Below, piece by piece: positions 51,301 through 64,000 of a stretch of 64,000 nt of DNA. The stretch covers positions 18,724,001-18,788,000 of the forward strand of contig OZ316775.1 of the NCBI GenBank assembly GCA_973851085.1, in the 5' to 3' direction. The notes below the pieces were generated by a model. The model worked only from the letters and a program-made list of their open reading frames with translations, was not told the DNA's origin and searched no databases. Each line of letters starts with the position of its first letter. Within the stretch, counting starts at the first letter, position 1. Source of the DNA: Ptychomitrium polyphyllum (taxonomy: Eukaryota). The translations under genes were made by a program, and so were the position numbers.

Positions 51301-54039
51301 TCATAAAGGCAAAACAGCATTTTCTGATGCCTGGGCCAAATTAAGAGACTGCATACATCTCTGAAAGGCCTTGGAGGCTGTGTTCCTCTCCTCAGCAAAA
51401 CCCCAACGATCGAAAGCAAGGGCTTGCAGGTAATAAGCTTCACCTGCCAAAGCAAAGTCCTCTAAAATCTCAAACTCCTCAGCCGCTTGTTGGAGAGGAT
51501 CCAAGATATTCTCCAATTGAGTCTCAATTGAAAACGAAGGGTCGGAGAAATAGCAGCGGGCAAGTGCAAGATTGGTTCGTGCGCGCAGTTCAAGGCCACC
51601 ATGGCCCAGGACCATGGGCAAGCACTGCTGAAGGAGGAGGAGAGCTCGCGGTGCATGACCTACTCCAAGACCCAGCCAAAGCTCTGCCAAGGTAACCTTT
51701 GCACTTGCTTGCAACCAGTCTAGGTTAAAGGCCTGGCAAAGGGTCAGACCAGCCAATGCATATGGGAGTCCAGTCACAGCACTGTCAGCTGTCTTGTGAA
51801 TATCAGCTAAAAGCAAGAGGACATGCACAGACTCGAGTTGCATACTGGCCTTGTAACACGAAGAGAATAGCAAACGAGCCACTGCAGCAGCCTCGTCGAG
51901 GTGGCCAGAGACGAGGAGTGTTCGAATATGACGGAAAGTTGCCTCTGTCTTGCGCTCCATATCTACCCCAATAACAGGAGACGCAGATGCTGCAAGTTCC
52001 CCACAAGCCACTTGTGCAAGCTTCAGTTCTCCTCGATGTAAGGCATGGTCATGAATGAGCTGAAGTTCCGCTGTCCTAATCCATGAGTTCGCACCAGCAG
52101 GAAATCTCTTTGTTGCTACCTCAAAAGCAGGCTGTGCAGCTGCATAGCCTTTAAAAGCAGCTAAATGCTGTGCTAGCTTGACATACGAAAGTAGAATATC
52201 ATCCGAGCTAGCCACGTCTGCATAGCAAGTTGCATGAATTAATGTACTCACTCTGACCAGAGGAGCGCTTCCATAAAGCTCCCATGAAGCTGCACGAAGC
52301 AAGTGTGAGATTCCCGCAAGCTTAACAACAGCATCTGAAGTGCGACCCAGGCGTCCAGATAAACTTGTCCAAGCCCCGCCTCCACCGGCCATGTTTCCAG
52401 CAGCTGGGAGTGGCTGATTGCCATTCATATTGTTTCCTCGCTGCTGATTTGTGGTCACATGATTTCCTGACGTGCCTGTATGAGGTGACATGCCATTGCT
52501 AATGGAATCACCTAGAAGATAGGAACTTAGTCTAAGAGTCTTGCAAACCTCCAGTGGAGACGTACCCAACTGACCACCATTCTCCAAACCACGTAAAGAT
52601 GAGAATCTCCGAACATGTTTAAGATCAAATTTTGCAAGTGCAAGACGACTAAAGGCAACCAATTGAGGTAGCTTAAGTTCCAATGCTCGTCGCAGACAGC
52701 GCCTCAATAGAAGTAAGAGCTGCTGTTGAGTTCCTAGTGTAGGCCCAGTCCGAACATCTCGAGGGCCAGCAGATTCGCCCTTCGCATATGTTTCATTTCC
52801 AGCTCCAACATCAAAGAGCATATGGCAAAGAGCAGCTAGAGCATGCGCAAGGCATGCATTATCATTGTACTGCTGAGCTATTCGCACAGCTTCATTCAAA
52901 GCTTGCATAGCCTGATCGACATGACCAAAATGTGCGTGCATTGACCCCAAACTAAGAAGGCCTGCTTGAAACCTACCGACACTTGAATCGCAGGATGCGC
53001 CTCCAGCGCTCATGCCTCCCATACCGGCACTGTAATCAAAATAACGATGCAGATCATCCATGGTGGCAGGATAGTCACTTTGTTGAAGGTGATTTAAATA
53101 CCGCAGGTAATGAGCTCTCACCATATCTGGAGCCAGCTTCTCAAGGTGAGTCAAGTTGGCATCGAGTTCTTCTTTCGGCATCCGACCGACTCCCTTCTCA
53201 AGGAGACCCGCTTGCTCCTTTAAAAAGCCTTCTACTTGTTCCACTGTTCGCAAGGACCTTGTTTTCACTCCACTTTCTCCTGAGATGGTCGCATGCGGAA
53301 TAGGGAAGGCAGCCGCAACATTCCTTCCACCTAATTGTCGCCCAGAATCGGCTCCTCCACCTTGTAGTCCTCTTCTACTAGCAGCCGCGGGTCCAGGAAA
53401 CCGCAGCTCCAGATCATTCATTCCATCCAAGTTTAGGTCATCGATATATTCGTCATATTCATACTCATCATCAAAGACATCACCTTCAATCATATCATCC
53501 CTGTCTTCAAAGATACCTCGAGGGTCACTAGACTCTAGCCAGCGATAAGCGTTCAACTCAACAACCAGTCTGCCTGAACCCTCGAAGGAAAGCACATTGA
53601 ATGCAAGGATGCACCTTCGCAGAAACTGGCCCAGCAAACTGTTGGGTTGAATGAGGAGGGACTCATCTTCCCCTCTCCCACCTTCTGAAGTATAAGAAGC
53701 GGGAGCCAGTAACTCTTTCAGACCTTGGAAGAATTGAAACAACTCTTCAGGTGTACACAAGAGTGGCAGACGGCTGCCAAGCTGCTCAAAGAGCATTCCA
53801 CCGACATCTGACAAATCATCTTTCAGTTCTTCCCCCAGCTCCTCAAACGTGGGCTCCAAAAACCCATCCGTTACCCTGGTCTGGTCCAGAAGAAAGAGAG
53901 CCAGGCGATGGCGGGCAGAGCTTGGCAATGCACAAAATGGAGGCAATGCAGATGAGGGCGCCGCATAGGCATGCATCAGCATGCACATCGCCACCTTGTG
54001 AGAGGTCAGGATGAAACCCCTCCCTCCGCTTCCTGCCAT
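51301..54039 (-). CDS. APC5: Anaphase-promoting complex subunit 5, uninterrupted 912-aa ORF
   Basis: LTSHKVAMC, NSLLGQFLRRCILAFNVLSFEG, HYLRYLN..LHRYFDYSAG and ALNEAVRIAQQ..CLAH (APC5/TPR-like repeats). Confidence 0.92.
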   Translation of the reverse strand: MAGSGGRGFILTSHKVAMCMLMHAYAAPSSALPPFCALPSSARHRLALFLLDQTRVTDGFLEPTFEELGEELKDDLSDVGGMLFEQLGSRLPLLCTPEELFQFFQGLKELLAPASYTSEGGRGEDESLLIQPNSLLGQFLRRCILAFNVLSFEGSGRLVVELNAYRWLESSDPRGIFEDRDDMIEGDVFDDEYEYDEYIDDLNLDGMNDLELRFPGPAAASRRGLQGGGADSGRQLGGRNVAAAFPIPHATISGESGVKTRSLRTVEQVEGFLKEQAGLLEKGVGRMPKEELDANLTHLEKLAPDMVRAHYLRYLNHLQQSDYPATMDDLHRYFDYSAGMGGMSAGGASCDSSVGRFQAGLLSLGSMHAHFGHVDQAMQALNEAVRIAQQYNDNACLAHALAALCHMLFDVGAGNETYAKGESAGPRDVRTGPTLGTQQQLLLLLRRCLRRALELKLPQLVAFSRLALAKFDLKHVRRFSSLRGLENGGQLGTSPLEVCKTLRLSSYLLGDSISNGMSPHTGTSGNHVTTNQQRGNNMNGNQPLPAAGNMAGGGGAWTSLSGRLGRTSDAVVKLAGISHLLRAASWELYGSAPLVRVSTLIHATCYADVASSDDILLSYVKLAQHLAAFKGYAAAQPAFEVATKRFPAGANSWIRTAELQLIHDHALHRGELKLAQVACGELAASASPVIGVDMERKTEATFRHIRTLLVSGHLDEAAAVARLLFSSCYKASMQLESVHVLLLLADIHKTADSAVTGLPYALAGLTLCQAFNLDWLQASAKVTLAELWLGLGVGHAPRALLLLQQCLPMVLGHGGLELRARTNLALARCYFSDPSFSIETQLENILDPLQQAAEEFEILEDFALAGEAYYLQALAFDRWGFAEERNTASKAFQRCMQSLNLAQASENAVLPL

Positions 54040-54740
54040 CTCCTACACTTCTTCGATTAGCCACCTCTTCTTCTCTGACCTTCTTTCCTGCTTGCAGTCA
54101 ATCTCGTCGCATTCTCATTGCAAGCTCAACAACCACATTCACACCATTCTTTTGCCACTGTACCTTATACAGACGACACCATATCCAATTGCTCCGACAG
54201 CCTGCATCTCTGAAAACACAGCAAGCAGAACGCTTCTGATGCATAGGTGCTCCAAAGCCCCGTGCGGCATTTAAACTACCCTAATAAGCTGTCAGTAAAA
54301 CCTCGTACATTTAAATGCTTCGACTCAAAAATCCAGTGAGGACGAAGATGATCCAACCACCAGGTGAAGAAGGAACCCTAAACCCCTAAAACCCAGAAAT
54401 CTGGAGTAAACCTCTGAAACGATTGCTTAAAATTAAGTGAAGTGCCCTTCACGACCCAACCCAAAAGACACTAAAATGACTACACCGAAAGAGTTCAAGC
54501 AGAACAGAGAACGCATGAAGCCATGGACATAGACCACAACCTCATGAAACCTAGAAATCTCAGCAGTAATGGGGCCGGCATATGACAACCCAACGCGAAT
54601 GAGCTCAAAATCGAGCTTTAAATTAGACCATATGAACTTCCCGCAACACCAGAACAGAAGCCGAGACTGCTCTGATCCCAATCCAATACTCCACTGAACT
54701 CCTCCAATTCGCGATTGTTTCCTGTGCAGACAAAGCCCTT

Positions 54741-54790
54741 GAATGAATAAATGAATGAATGAAAGAAAGAAAGAAAGAAAGAAAGAAAGA
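54741..54790 (+). repeat. (GAAT)n/(GAAA)n microsatellite upstream of the APC5 coding region
   Basis: gaatgaataaatgaatgaatgaaagaaagaaagaaagaaagaaagaaaga read directly. Confidence 0.9.
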
Positions 54791-55135
54791 ATCCTCCAAA
54801 TCCGTCGCATCCAATCAACGCTCACAACCGTTCATACGCGTTGGAAATGCTCGGCACTGCTCTCCCGCCCTTCCCATGCGCCAAACGCAGCACAGTGGCC
54901 CTCTAGCAGTCTCCTGGATATACTCCACAGGCCACTAAAAACCATGAACTCAAGGCCGATCGGAAGATGGAGAGAAACGGCATTCCCTGTCCCTCTACTA
55001 CGACGAGCGCGAAGGTCCGGCGGTCGCTGTGCGCGCTCATGTGGAAGAGATCAGTCGCAAGCACAGCCCCGAAGGCGATCATCCCCTGATGCTGCAACCT
55101 CGGGGCTCTGTCGTAGGGCCTCTTTTCTTTTCACT

Positions 55136-55332
55136 GGGGCCCACTTTACAGCTCCATTTACGTTTGAAACTCCTTGCCGTTCTACCACTTACTTGCACCC
55201 TTGGTACCACGCCCACTAGGCCCACAGGGGCCCACAGAGGCCCACAGAGGCCCAAGGGCTTTGTGCTGCGGCTTGGGCCGGATTTGCACCCCTCTCACAC
55301 GGCCACCTACGTGGCACAAGTTTGGCGCCAAA
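55136..55332. promoter_or_regulatory. Putative APC5 promoter: tandem GGCCCA (site II/TCP-like) motifs and palindromic E2F site
   Basis: Four GGCCCA in ~10-nt tandem units at 55219-55255, another near 55138, and TTTGGCGCCAAA at 55321-55332, about 1.2 kb upstream of the APC5 ATG. Confidence 0.55.
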
Positions 55333-56853
55333 AAGTGGACCCATTCCTTGAAATGGAGTTTTGGTGTTAGCATAGCCGGATTCCAAGTTGAGGGCTTATT
55401 CTTCAATGTATTGCCATTGAATAAAATGGCAATACATTGCAAGGTTTGATGCAAAGTAGTACTAGCATGGTGTTAATGTTTTAAAAAACATTAGCAAGAT
55501 TGAAGTGTATCTCATCTTATTTCTTATTTAAACCATGAAGCCTATGCTTCCTAAAATACTTCTAAAAAAGTTTATTGTGAAACTATAGAATGTTTTAGAG
55601 GTCCTTCAAAACTATGTTATGATATGTATGTCTGCAGTGCCAAACAAGGTTCAAGAAATGCTAACAAGAACATTAATGTACATCTTCAATAGATAATTAC
55701 AAAAACTTATGGTAGAATAATGACACTTGGAATCCACCATCATGAAAGGGACTTCATTGATAGCATAAGCAACAAGTAAAAAAGGCCCAATTGCCACTAT
55801 TTTGCTATTTTTTAAGGTTTTTGGAATTACTTGTACATGAAGTCAAGTTTTTATTTTGGTAGATGTAAAAATGTATATGTATTCAACCTTATGTGTGTGA
55901 ACTATGAGTTGTTGCATGATTTAAATTCAATTAAAACATTTTCATGTAAATTTAAATATATTCATATAAACATAAATATAACTTATTACAATAAATTTGA
56001 ATAGTTATTGTATTTTTTACAAAAGATTTTATGATAAGATTATTAGGCTTTCATTAATTATTAAAGCAGGCTTAAGAAAGATTAAGTTTTTACAAACTAT
56101 ACGTTTAAAATATGCATTGTAGAACTATAATACAAAAGTTTAAACATTTATTCAATAACTTTAATATATAGTTTTTTAAAGCTCATTCAACTTGAATCAC
56201 CTTAAACAAAATTAGAAAAGGCACAATATTGATTTTGAAAGCTACTTAATGAATTACAATCTATAATACTACATTGGCTTTAATAAGTGAAATTCTCAAT
56301 CTAATGTTTTGGTTACAATAGATATAAAAATCATCCTAAAAAGTTTAATTTTTGTTTCAAAAAAATTCCTTAATTTTCTCTTTTTCCACTAGAAAACATT
56401 TCAAAGGATTTTTTTTTAATTAATATTAATAAGGATTTGGAACAAGGTATAGCTTCTCATTTCTATACCTTGGAATAAATGCTCATGATATCATCCTACT
56501 AGGAAGCAAATTCTTCACTTACACCAATCCTTCAAAAGATCATAATTTTCCTATTCTTCTTCTTATAAAATCTATGAGTAGGAAAACCATAATAGAAAAC
56601 TAAACCCAAAAAATCCAAAAAATTACCAAAATACGCCGTTGAAAAGTGAACGAGAACAAAGCAGAAAATTCACGAAAAGCTAAGAAGGCAGGAACGACGA
56701 GTGCGGAAGGGATGCAACAAATAGGGTGCAGAAATGGAAAGAAACGGCCTACACAGTGGGAAGAGAAAGCACGCCGACAAGGGGAAACAGCAGAGCGCAG
56801 AGCAGAGAGCGCAGCGCTCAACACCCACAGGGCAGAGGCGCATGCGCAGGCGA

Positions 56854-56892
56854 GGGGCGAGGGGCGAGGGAGGGCGAGGGCGAGGGCGAGGG
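56854..56892 (+). repeat. (GGGCGA)n G-tract repeat upstream of the threonine deaminase ATG
   Basis: ggggcgaggggcgagggagggcgagggcgagggcgaggg contains seven G3+ tracts. Confidence 0.85.
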
Positions 56893-56909
56893 CGACCAGG
56901 TTTAGCGCC

Positions 56910-59900
56910 ATGGCCACCATCACGTCGCGCGCTGTGGCGGCCAAGGCCCTCTCGGGCTGCGACCTCGATGTCCAGGCGTACACGCTTGGTGGCGCGAGCT
57001 TGCGGCCCGGTGGCCATGGAGTGCGCGGGTGGGAGCGGGGCACGAGGCTGCCTGGCGGCGTGCGGGTGTCAGGGGATGGAGTGTTGCGAGGTGCGTTGCA
57101 GAGTTCCAAGGCGGTGGTGGTAGCGGTGCAGCCACCGCAGGTGGTTGCCTCTGGCATTGCTGCGCCTGTAGCTGAGGATCCCGCGGATGTGGACCTGGTT
57201 GTGGATGCGCCTCCTAAGCCTGAGCCTCTGCCGAGCGAGGGTGAGTATCTGCACGTCATGCCGGACTCGTTGCAGTATGAGGCGGGTAAGCTGGGCGGAC
57301 TCTCCGAGCGGACCCAGGATTTGGAGAGTGCTCGGCAGGAGCCCACTGCGATTTCCTACTTGACGCGGATTTTGACTTCGAAGGTTTACGATGTTGCTAT
57401 TGAGAGTCCCTTGGAGGGCGCGAAGAAGCTCAGCGAGCGGTTGGGCGTGAAGCTGTTGCTGAAGCGCGAGGATATGCAGCCGGTTAGTTGAACGCTATCC
57501 GGAGTTTTTTTTCTGGACAGGTTTTCCTATGGTGGTTTGTAGTTTCTTTTTGTCTGGAGTTTTACGAGCGAGCGGTCGTTCTACTTTGGGCCGTTTCATT
57601 GCGGGGATATTGTAGTGTGGGTGTAGCAGAATGGAAACCTCGTAAAGGATTGTGTAGAAACAACCTAGCTGTGTCGTAAGTGTCCTGGACAGAATGAAAG
57701 ATGAGTATCTGAAAACCGCTAGTTCTGTAATGTGAAAATGCGAGTCATGTGTTTGCGAGGCTAACGACCAGCAAGGATTGATTTTATGATTTTTTCGCGT
57801 GGCACTTTGTTGTATAAAAGTCCAGTCTTTTGTCTATGGAAAAGCGCATTGTCAATGATCACCGCGTGCGGTGAATTGGTACGAATATGGAAGCATATGT
57901 CGCTTAGATCTTTGAATCTCACTCGAGGGGTTTACTTGTTTCAGGTTTTTTCTTTCAAATTGCGAGGTGCATACAATATGATGGCAAAGCTGCCTCCAGA
58001 ACAGTTGAAAAAGGGAGTGATCTGCTCGTCAGCTGGGAATCATGCTCAAGGTGTTGCCTTAGCTGCGCGCAAGTTGAATTGTGATGCTGTTATCGCCATG
58101 CCCATAACCACTCCGGATATCAAGGTCAGTATTTACTAAAGCTTTGACCTTCGTGTGATTTTCAATCAGCTGAATGGAGTGTTTGAATTATTGTACTGAG
58201 TATTTTGTAGTCGTGATTCGACTTGAGGATTCACTGACACAGTCTTTATACCATATTAGTATTGGCAAGCTTCTGAATCAGGAATAAATAGTTATTGATC
58301 CATTTTGTGTAGGACCAAGATACAGCCTCCTCAGGTTTTCTCTTCTTCTAGAAGCAGATTTTCTTCCTGAGGAATCAGTTGACATTTTGTTTTAAATGGA
58401 GTCTAATCTTGTAGGCATGTAGAAGTGAAACTAGCTACGGAGGATATCACTGTTTTTCGTTTTTTATTCTGTGCATGCATTGCATCATGTTTGTAAATAG
58501 TGACAATTTGAGACGAACTTCATTCCATCCCTTACATATATTGATGCACTTGCAGTGGAAATCGGTAAAGAGATTAGGAGCGACGGTTGTGCTAGTTGGA
58601 GATTCATACGACGAAACACAAGCCTATGCCAAGCAGCGTGGTTTGGACGAAGGTCGTGTGTTTGTTCCCCCATTTGACGAACCTGAGGTCATAGCAGGTC
58701 AAGGTACAATAGGCATGGAGATCGTGAGACAACATCCCGGCCCTTTGCATGCTGTTTTTGTTCCTGTTGGTGGTGGCGGACTCATCGCAGGCATTGCTGC
58801 GTACATGAAGCAAGTTCGACCTGAGGTGGCTTTCTTAAAACGGTGCAGCTTGACAATGAGTTGTTTTTAGAGAATACTTTGACCCTGGTGATTATCCATG
58901 TATACGTAACTGTACAAGTGAATTGGTAGGGTTATACATCCGTTCCTTTGAGGCCTTCCTCCTAAAAGCGTCATTTTTGTGCATATTTGCTGCTTTATAG
59001 GTAAAAATTATTGGTGTGGAACCTGCCGATGCCAATGCGATGGCGTTATCACTCCATCACGGTAAACGTATCATCCTGAATCAAGTTGGAGGCTTTGCTG
59101 ACGGAGTTGCAGTAAAAATGGTTGGGGAAGAAACCTTTCGAGTATCTCGGAATCTCATAGATGGAGTGGTCTTAGTTAACCGTGACTCTATCTGTGCTGC
59201 CATTAAGGTGATGCTCTACTTCTTCCTATTGACATGCGTTCATATTTAAATTTTGTTTTTATTAACAGTTGTAGGTCAGTATCTTGAAACGTTTTTACTT
59301 CGTGCTCACATTTGTACTTCTGTTACATGATGGTGCAGGATATGTTTGAGGAAACTAGGAGCATCTTAGAGCCAGCTGGAGCTTTGTCATTGGCTGGAGC
59401 AAAAGCCTATTGTCAATATTATGGTATCAAGGATGAGGCAATGGTTGCAATTACAAGTGGCGCTAACATGAATTTTGATCGTCTGCGAGTGGTGACAGAG
59501 CTGGCTGCCGTTGGTGCTCGCAAGGAAGCTGTTCTTGCAACTTTTATGCCCGAAGAGCCAGGCTCTTTTAAGAAGTTTCAGCAGATGGTACAAACTATTT
59601 CTTAAATATCATTCATTACATGCCCACAGGCTCCAGATAATCACGAATTATAGACGCGGTTCAAAAGTTCATTTCACTTGAGATTTGTTTAGGTATGAAC
59701 ATATGGACATGAATATATTCTTTAGAGTTCTGTAGTTGATGCAGCATGCTTGAGAACTTTAATGCTTATGCTATTTTCATGTCATCCAGCTTATTTGAAT
59801 GAACGTGGTCTCAGGTCGGACCAATCAGTATAACCGAGTTCAAGTATCGTTACACCAGCAACCAAGAAGCTCTTGTTCTGTACAGGTCTGTACTCCCTTA

Positions 59901-61154
59901 ACAAATCTCTCTACGTGCACATTAAACGAGTGTCATGTGGTCTGGAGCAAGAATTGAAGGCTCTCATAGGATATTTTTCTCTCCTGTGGTTTTGACTCGT
60001 TTTGGATCTTCTCTGGTCTTTCTTCTCGACAATCACGTAATTTCTTAGACTTGTATTTCATGCACGGCGATGAAGGTTCTGCACCTTGTTATACTGTGAG
60101 GATATCGTTAGCAGTAAAGAGACTTTATTAGTGTTGGGGTCGTTCACTCGGTTTGATTGTGGTGAACTATGAAGACTCTGTGTCTTGCAGCTGTTAATTT
60201 CTAGGTAGGAATTTTACACTGAAGTCAGGAGTTGGAGTATTCTGATAGAAATCGTGGTGTGTAGTGTGGGGTTGCACAAGGATGAGGAGCTTTCAGCTTT
60301 AAAGAAACGCATGGAAGGTGTTGGCATGCGCACTATGGATTTGACAAATAACGATCTTGCAAAGGATCATCTGCGACATTTGGTGCCTCTCTTTATCCTG
60401 GCGCTTAAAATTGGAGTTTAAGATTTGTGCATGGCTGAATAGTTTTTGTAGAAATTTCTTGGAGATTATTGAAGTCCGTAGGGGTATTTTGGCCGGTAGT
60501 GGTAACGTGCAGGTGCATATGGACTTGTTTGCATATATGTCGAGACTCATGACGAGGTGTGTGAGTGTGCAGATGGGAGGACGTGCTCATGTAGAACATG
60601 AGCTTCTCTACAGATTTGTTTTTCCTGAGCGACAGGGTACACTTATGAAATTTCTTGAAGCTTTTTCCCCCAGTTGGAATATCACACTTTTTCACTACCG
60701 CTCACAGGTATTTAAAAACTCTTTTCTAATTCATTCTGGTGTTAAAATGATCACAATGGGGGATATTGGTTGGGGGTTATGTTTGTAGAAGAGTTTAGTT
60801 AATGGAACATCATCTTTCATTGTATACTAGATGACTATGATTAAAAGACTAGATTACTACATTCAGTGCCTTTTCCAAAGATCCTTAGTGCAGGTCCTTT
60901 TTCCTGTTTCAGTTTAACATGCTTCTATTTTGTATTCAAAATTCTTTGAGGAGGTAAAACTGTTACATTTAGTGTTTCGTGAAATAACATTTGAAGGATC
61001 GGTCTCGCTGCAGGGTGAGATGGGTGCAAATGTACTGGTGGCCTTGCAAATAGCTAAGGAAGATGAGCAGGAATTTATTGACCGTGCTAATTCACTAGGG
61101 TATGAGTACCAAGATGAGTGCAACAACGAGGCATTCCAACTAATATTACGCTAA
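56910..61154 (+). CDS. OMR1: Threonine dehydratase/deaminase, biosynthetic, chloroplast; exons 56910-57482, 57945-58124, 58556-58825, 59001-59207, 59339-59587, 59815-59885, 60265-60382, 60573-60707, 61014-61154
   Basis: [18 protein letters not shown] (PLP lysine), [41 protein letters not shown] and two ACT-like regulatory domains ([24 protein letters not shown]). All junctions are in phase. Confidence 0.95.
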
Positions 61155-64000
61155 TGCGTTTATTATTTTATTGCTCATATCTCCTTGTACCGCAATGTAT
61201 ATATTTGTTAGTGTATTGCTTCCTTCACACCTAAATAAGTATCTATTACCTTATCTCCAAAGGTGAGCTAACTCCCATTGAATGTAGGAACTTTTTTGGG
61301 CATAAGTTATTGGTTGGTAGGATTCTAGGCCTTAAAACTGTCTGTAAATGGCTTAGAAACGCCCAAGAATTAAACCTTTTCTCAAAGCACCCATATTCAC
61401 CCTATAGCCGCTCATTCCAAAACTTTCACAAATCAAGCATGCAAGTACTCATATTCTGTACATTTTTTCACTTTAACTATATCTTAAATCATGTTAAATC
61501 AAGTTTAGGCTTGTCTTTCAACTCCAAACAATTTGATATGAACGTCTTTTTTTGCTCTTCTCTACACATTATGACCATGTTTTGGTCGTTTTGAACACTA
61601 TATGGAACTTTAAGGTTTGAACTAGGTATAGAAACAAGAAGGCCAAAACTCTTGTTCTATTGAGACCATAATCAATCTTTAATTTTCAAAAATGCATGTG
61701 TTATAAGTAATTTTTAGATTGGTGTAAGTTGTGAAGGTGTGGTAATAAGAAAACTTGTATATAGCTTGAAGATCATACTTTTCTACATTGAAGAAGGTTG
61801 TAATTATAGGAAGCTCTATGATGGTTATAGTATTATGCTACAATCTTAAAGGAACATACTTTGAGTTTAAAAGATATCAATGATTTGTGATTGATAAAAT
61901 GACAATAGTTGAATATTTATATATAATGATTTAAAATAGAGAATTAAAGCATTTGCACTTGGTGTTAGATACACCATTAGATTTCATATTTTTAAAGATA
62001 AGCTCAAAAACATTTTTTAATATGATAAATGAAGATATACATGTAAAATAAAAAAGTGCCTTATTATTGGAGATCCATAGACACGAGCTCCTAAAAGATT
62101 AAAATTCACCATATACATTATCATTAACTACTAAATTCTTATTTAAGGTAATTTAAACTTAGTAAATTATAATAATATATTAAAATTGGATATAAATGAC
62201 ATCATGAAGTAGTGGTAATAGAAAAAAAAGTAAATTTATACTAATTTTTAAAAAAAAACATGTAATAAATATAGTCTTGATATATGGTGGTTATTGTATA
62301 GAATTTGGATGCCTGCGTGTTCATTAAGTGGTGGTTACTAATTGTTGTGTGAATAATTAATGGAATTATCTATTAATGGTATTTTGGCTTTTTACAAAAT
62401 GCCCTTTGGAAGTTTATAACTATTTCAAAATATGTGAAATTGATATATTTTTAATTGCATTGGATTTATAACCTTATTTTTTACCATTAAAATTATTAAA
62501 AATTATATACAATTTTTTCAAAATGAAGCAATTCATATTGCAATGGTAATGGATTATTCCACCTTATACCTTTTGTATATCAATTACTAATAACATTATA
62601 TTCTTAAAAAAAAACTCTTATTACTTTTATATGGTTCAAGTATTGAATTTAAATATTTCTGAATGAAACCCAATCATCTCTTGCATTATATTGTGAATGG
62701 ATAAGAATATAAATGCATAATAGTATTTAGACTATATATGAAAAGAAAGTAGCTTTCATATAAGATTTATTACATAAGAGTGAAATTTTTTGCTTGTAAA
62801 AATGATATATGTACCAAAAGTTAGGTTTGACAAAATTATTATTAACACCCAAGTAGACAAATAAGGATTTAAATTTCTATATTTAGCTTGAAAATGTAAT
62901 TATTGCAAAACAAAAGAGAAGTCTTATTTGCAATTTAAATGTTTTCATCATATAGTTATTTTGCAAAAAACCATACATAATTTTCCAACCTATTACATTA
63001 CAACATTGTAACACTAGCTACCACTGCTAATTACTTAATAAGCATAGTGCCAATCTTCTACCAAATTGCCATTATTATAAAATGCAAATTTTACTTCTAA
63101 ATTAAAATGCACATATTTGAAAAATCTTAGAAATTTTGAGATTATTATGAATTTCATATATCAAACCTTTAAACAAAGTGATTTCTTTTCCTTTCTTTTT
63201 TGCCATTCAATTAACTACAAGTATATTTCATGAAGAACTAATATTCTGTACAAAATCTTACGGTCAAAGAATGATTATTTACTACTAAATATTATAGGAG
63301 ACAAGGATCTAAAAATCACATATTATTTTTGGACCCATTTGTAGAATGTATTGGATAGTTAGTCCCTTGCATTGAATTGGTGGCACCCTTCATACAAGTA
63401 TTTCCACCTTCTCTTAGTCACCCAATCACCCATACGAAAAGATGATTTTTGGTCACTTTGTGGAGGGTACCACACTAATTACAACATGCACACCTTTCAC
63501 CATGCAACACCACTTATTGCTATTCCGGTTTTGATTAAGCCGAGCAAAGCACACTCCTGTTGATTCCCACAAACAAGCATGCACTGACACTATGCCGCAG
63601 ATCTGAGCTGGTGGCAGCCCCAACTAAAATCTAACCCAAGATTTGCTCTAGTCTCTTCCAAACTTTTTCTGATCTGGTGTGCACGCTTTCATGGTCAGCT
63701 TATCCCTAAAGGAATCACTTGAGATTAATTCCAAATAGAATCGGTGATGGCCTCAGGTTCTCAGCACAGAGAGTTTGCGGTACAGCATATGCTGGACGCT
63801 TCTAAAGGGACCCTGCCCGTTGCCCGAGTGCAGATTGATCCAAAAGCTCACATGTGGCAAATTAAACAGATGGAGGTCCGTTTCGTTCACGCACATCGAG
63901 CTGGAAGAGCCTAACATCTAGTTAACATGCAGTTACATGCAGTGACCAAGGTAACTCATGACACACTCACAAGAAGTTGTACATGTCAGAAGCTAGAGTA

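Noticed and set aside
56600..57346. 248-aa antisense ORF over threonine deaminase exon 1, and similar antisense ORFs in other genes
   Set aside because: Expected shadow of GC-rich coding sequence.
43514..61154. Three plastid-targeted genes (PK, CCB3, threonine deaminase) as a possible metabolic cluster
   Set aside because: Interrupted by APC5, with mixed orientation and no single shared pathway; chance adjacency is sufficient.

Overview
Eukaryotic, intron-containing land-plant nuclear DNA, most likely a moss (inferred from GT-AG introns, twin-LOV genes with both cysteines and bryophyte-type TIR/NB-ARC/kinase remnants). Eight apparently intact genes were reconstructed by hand from splice sites and reading phase: a CorA/ZntB-like cation transporter, a 5-exon TANGLED-like microtubule protein, two tandem LOV/LOV (LLP/PLP) photoreceptor paralogs, a plastid pyruvate kinase, CCB3, an intronless APC5 and a threonine deaminase. 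A BAHD acyltransferase has an apparent late frameshift. Several decayed genes lie between them: NB-ARC, TIR, protein kinase, double-B3 and a secreted Cys-repeat protein. There is also a candidate 103-aa two-exon orphan gene. The most notable features are the asymmetric divergence of the tandem LLP pair (a flavin-contact Asn and one intron differ), the dispersed immune-receptor remnants, the intronless APC5 with an E2F/site II/telo-box promoter, and a 7-tract G-quadruplex motif before the threonine deaminase ATG. No prokaryotic-type system, RNA gene, CRISPR array or intact transposon was recognised. Family assignments come from motif recognition, not database searches.
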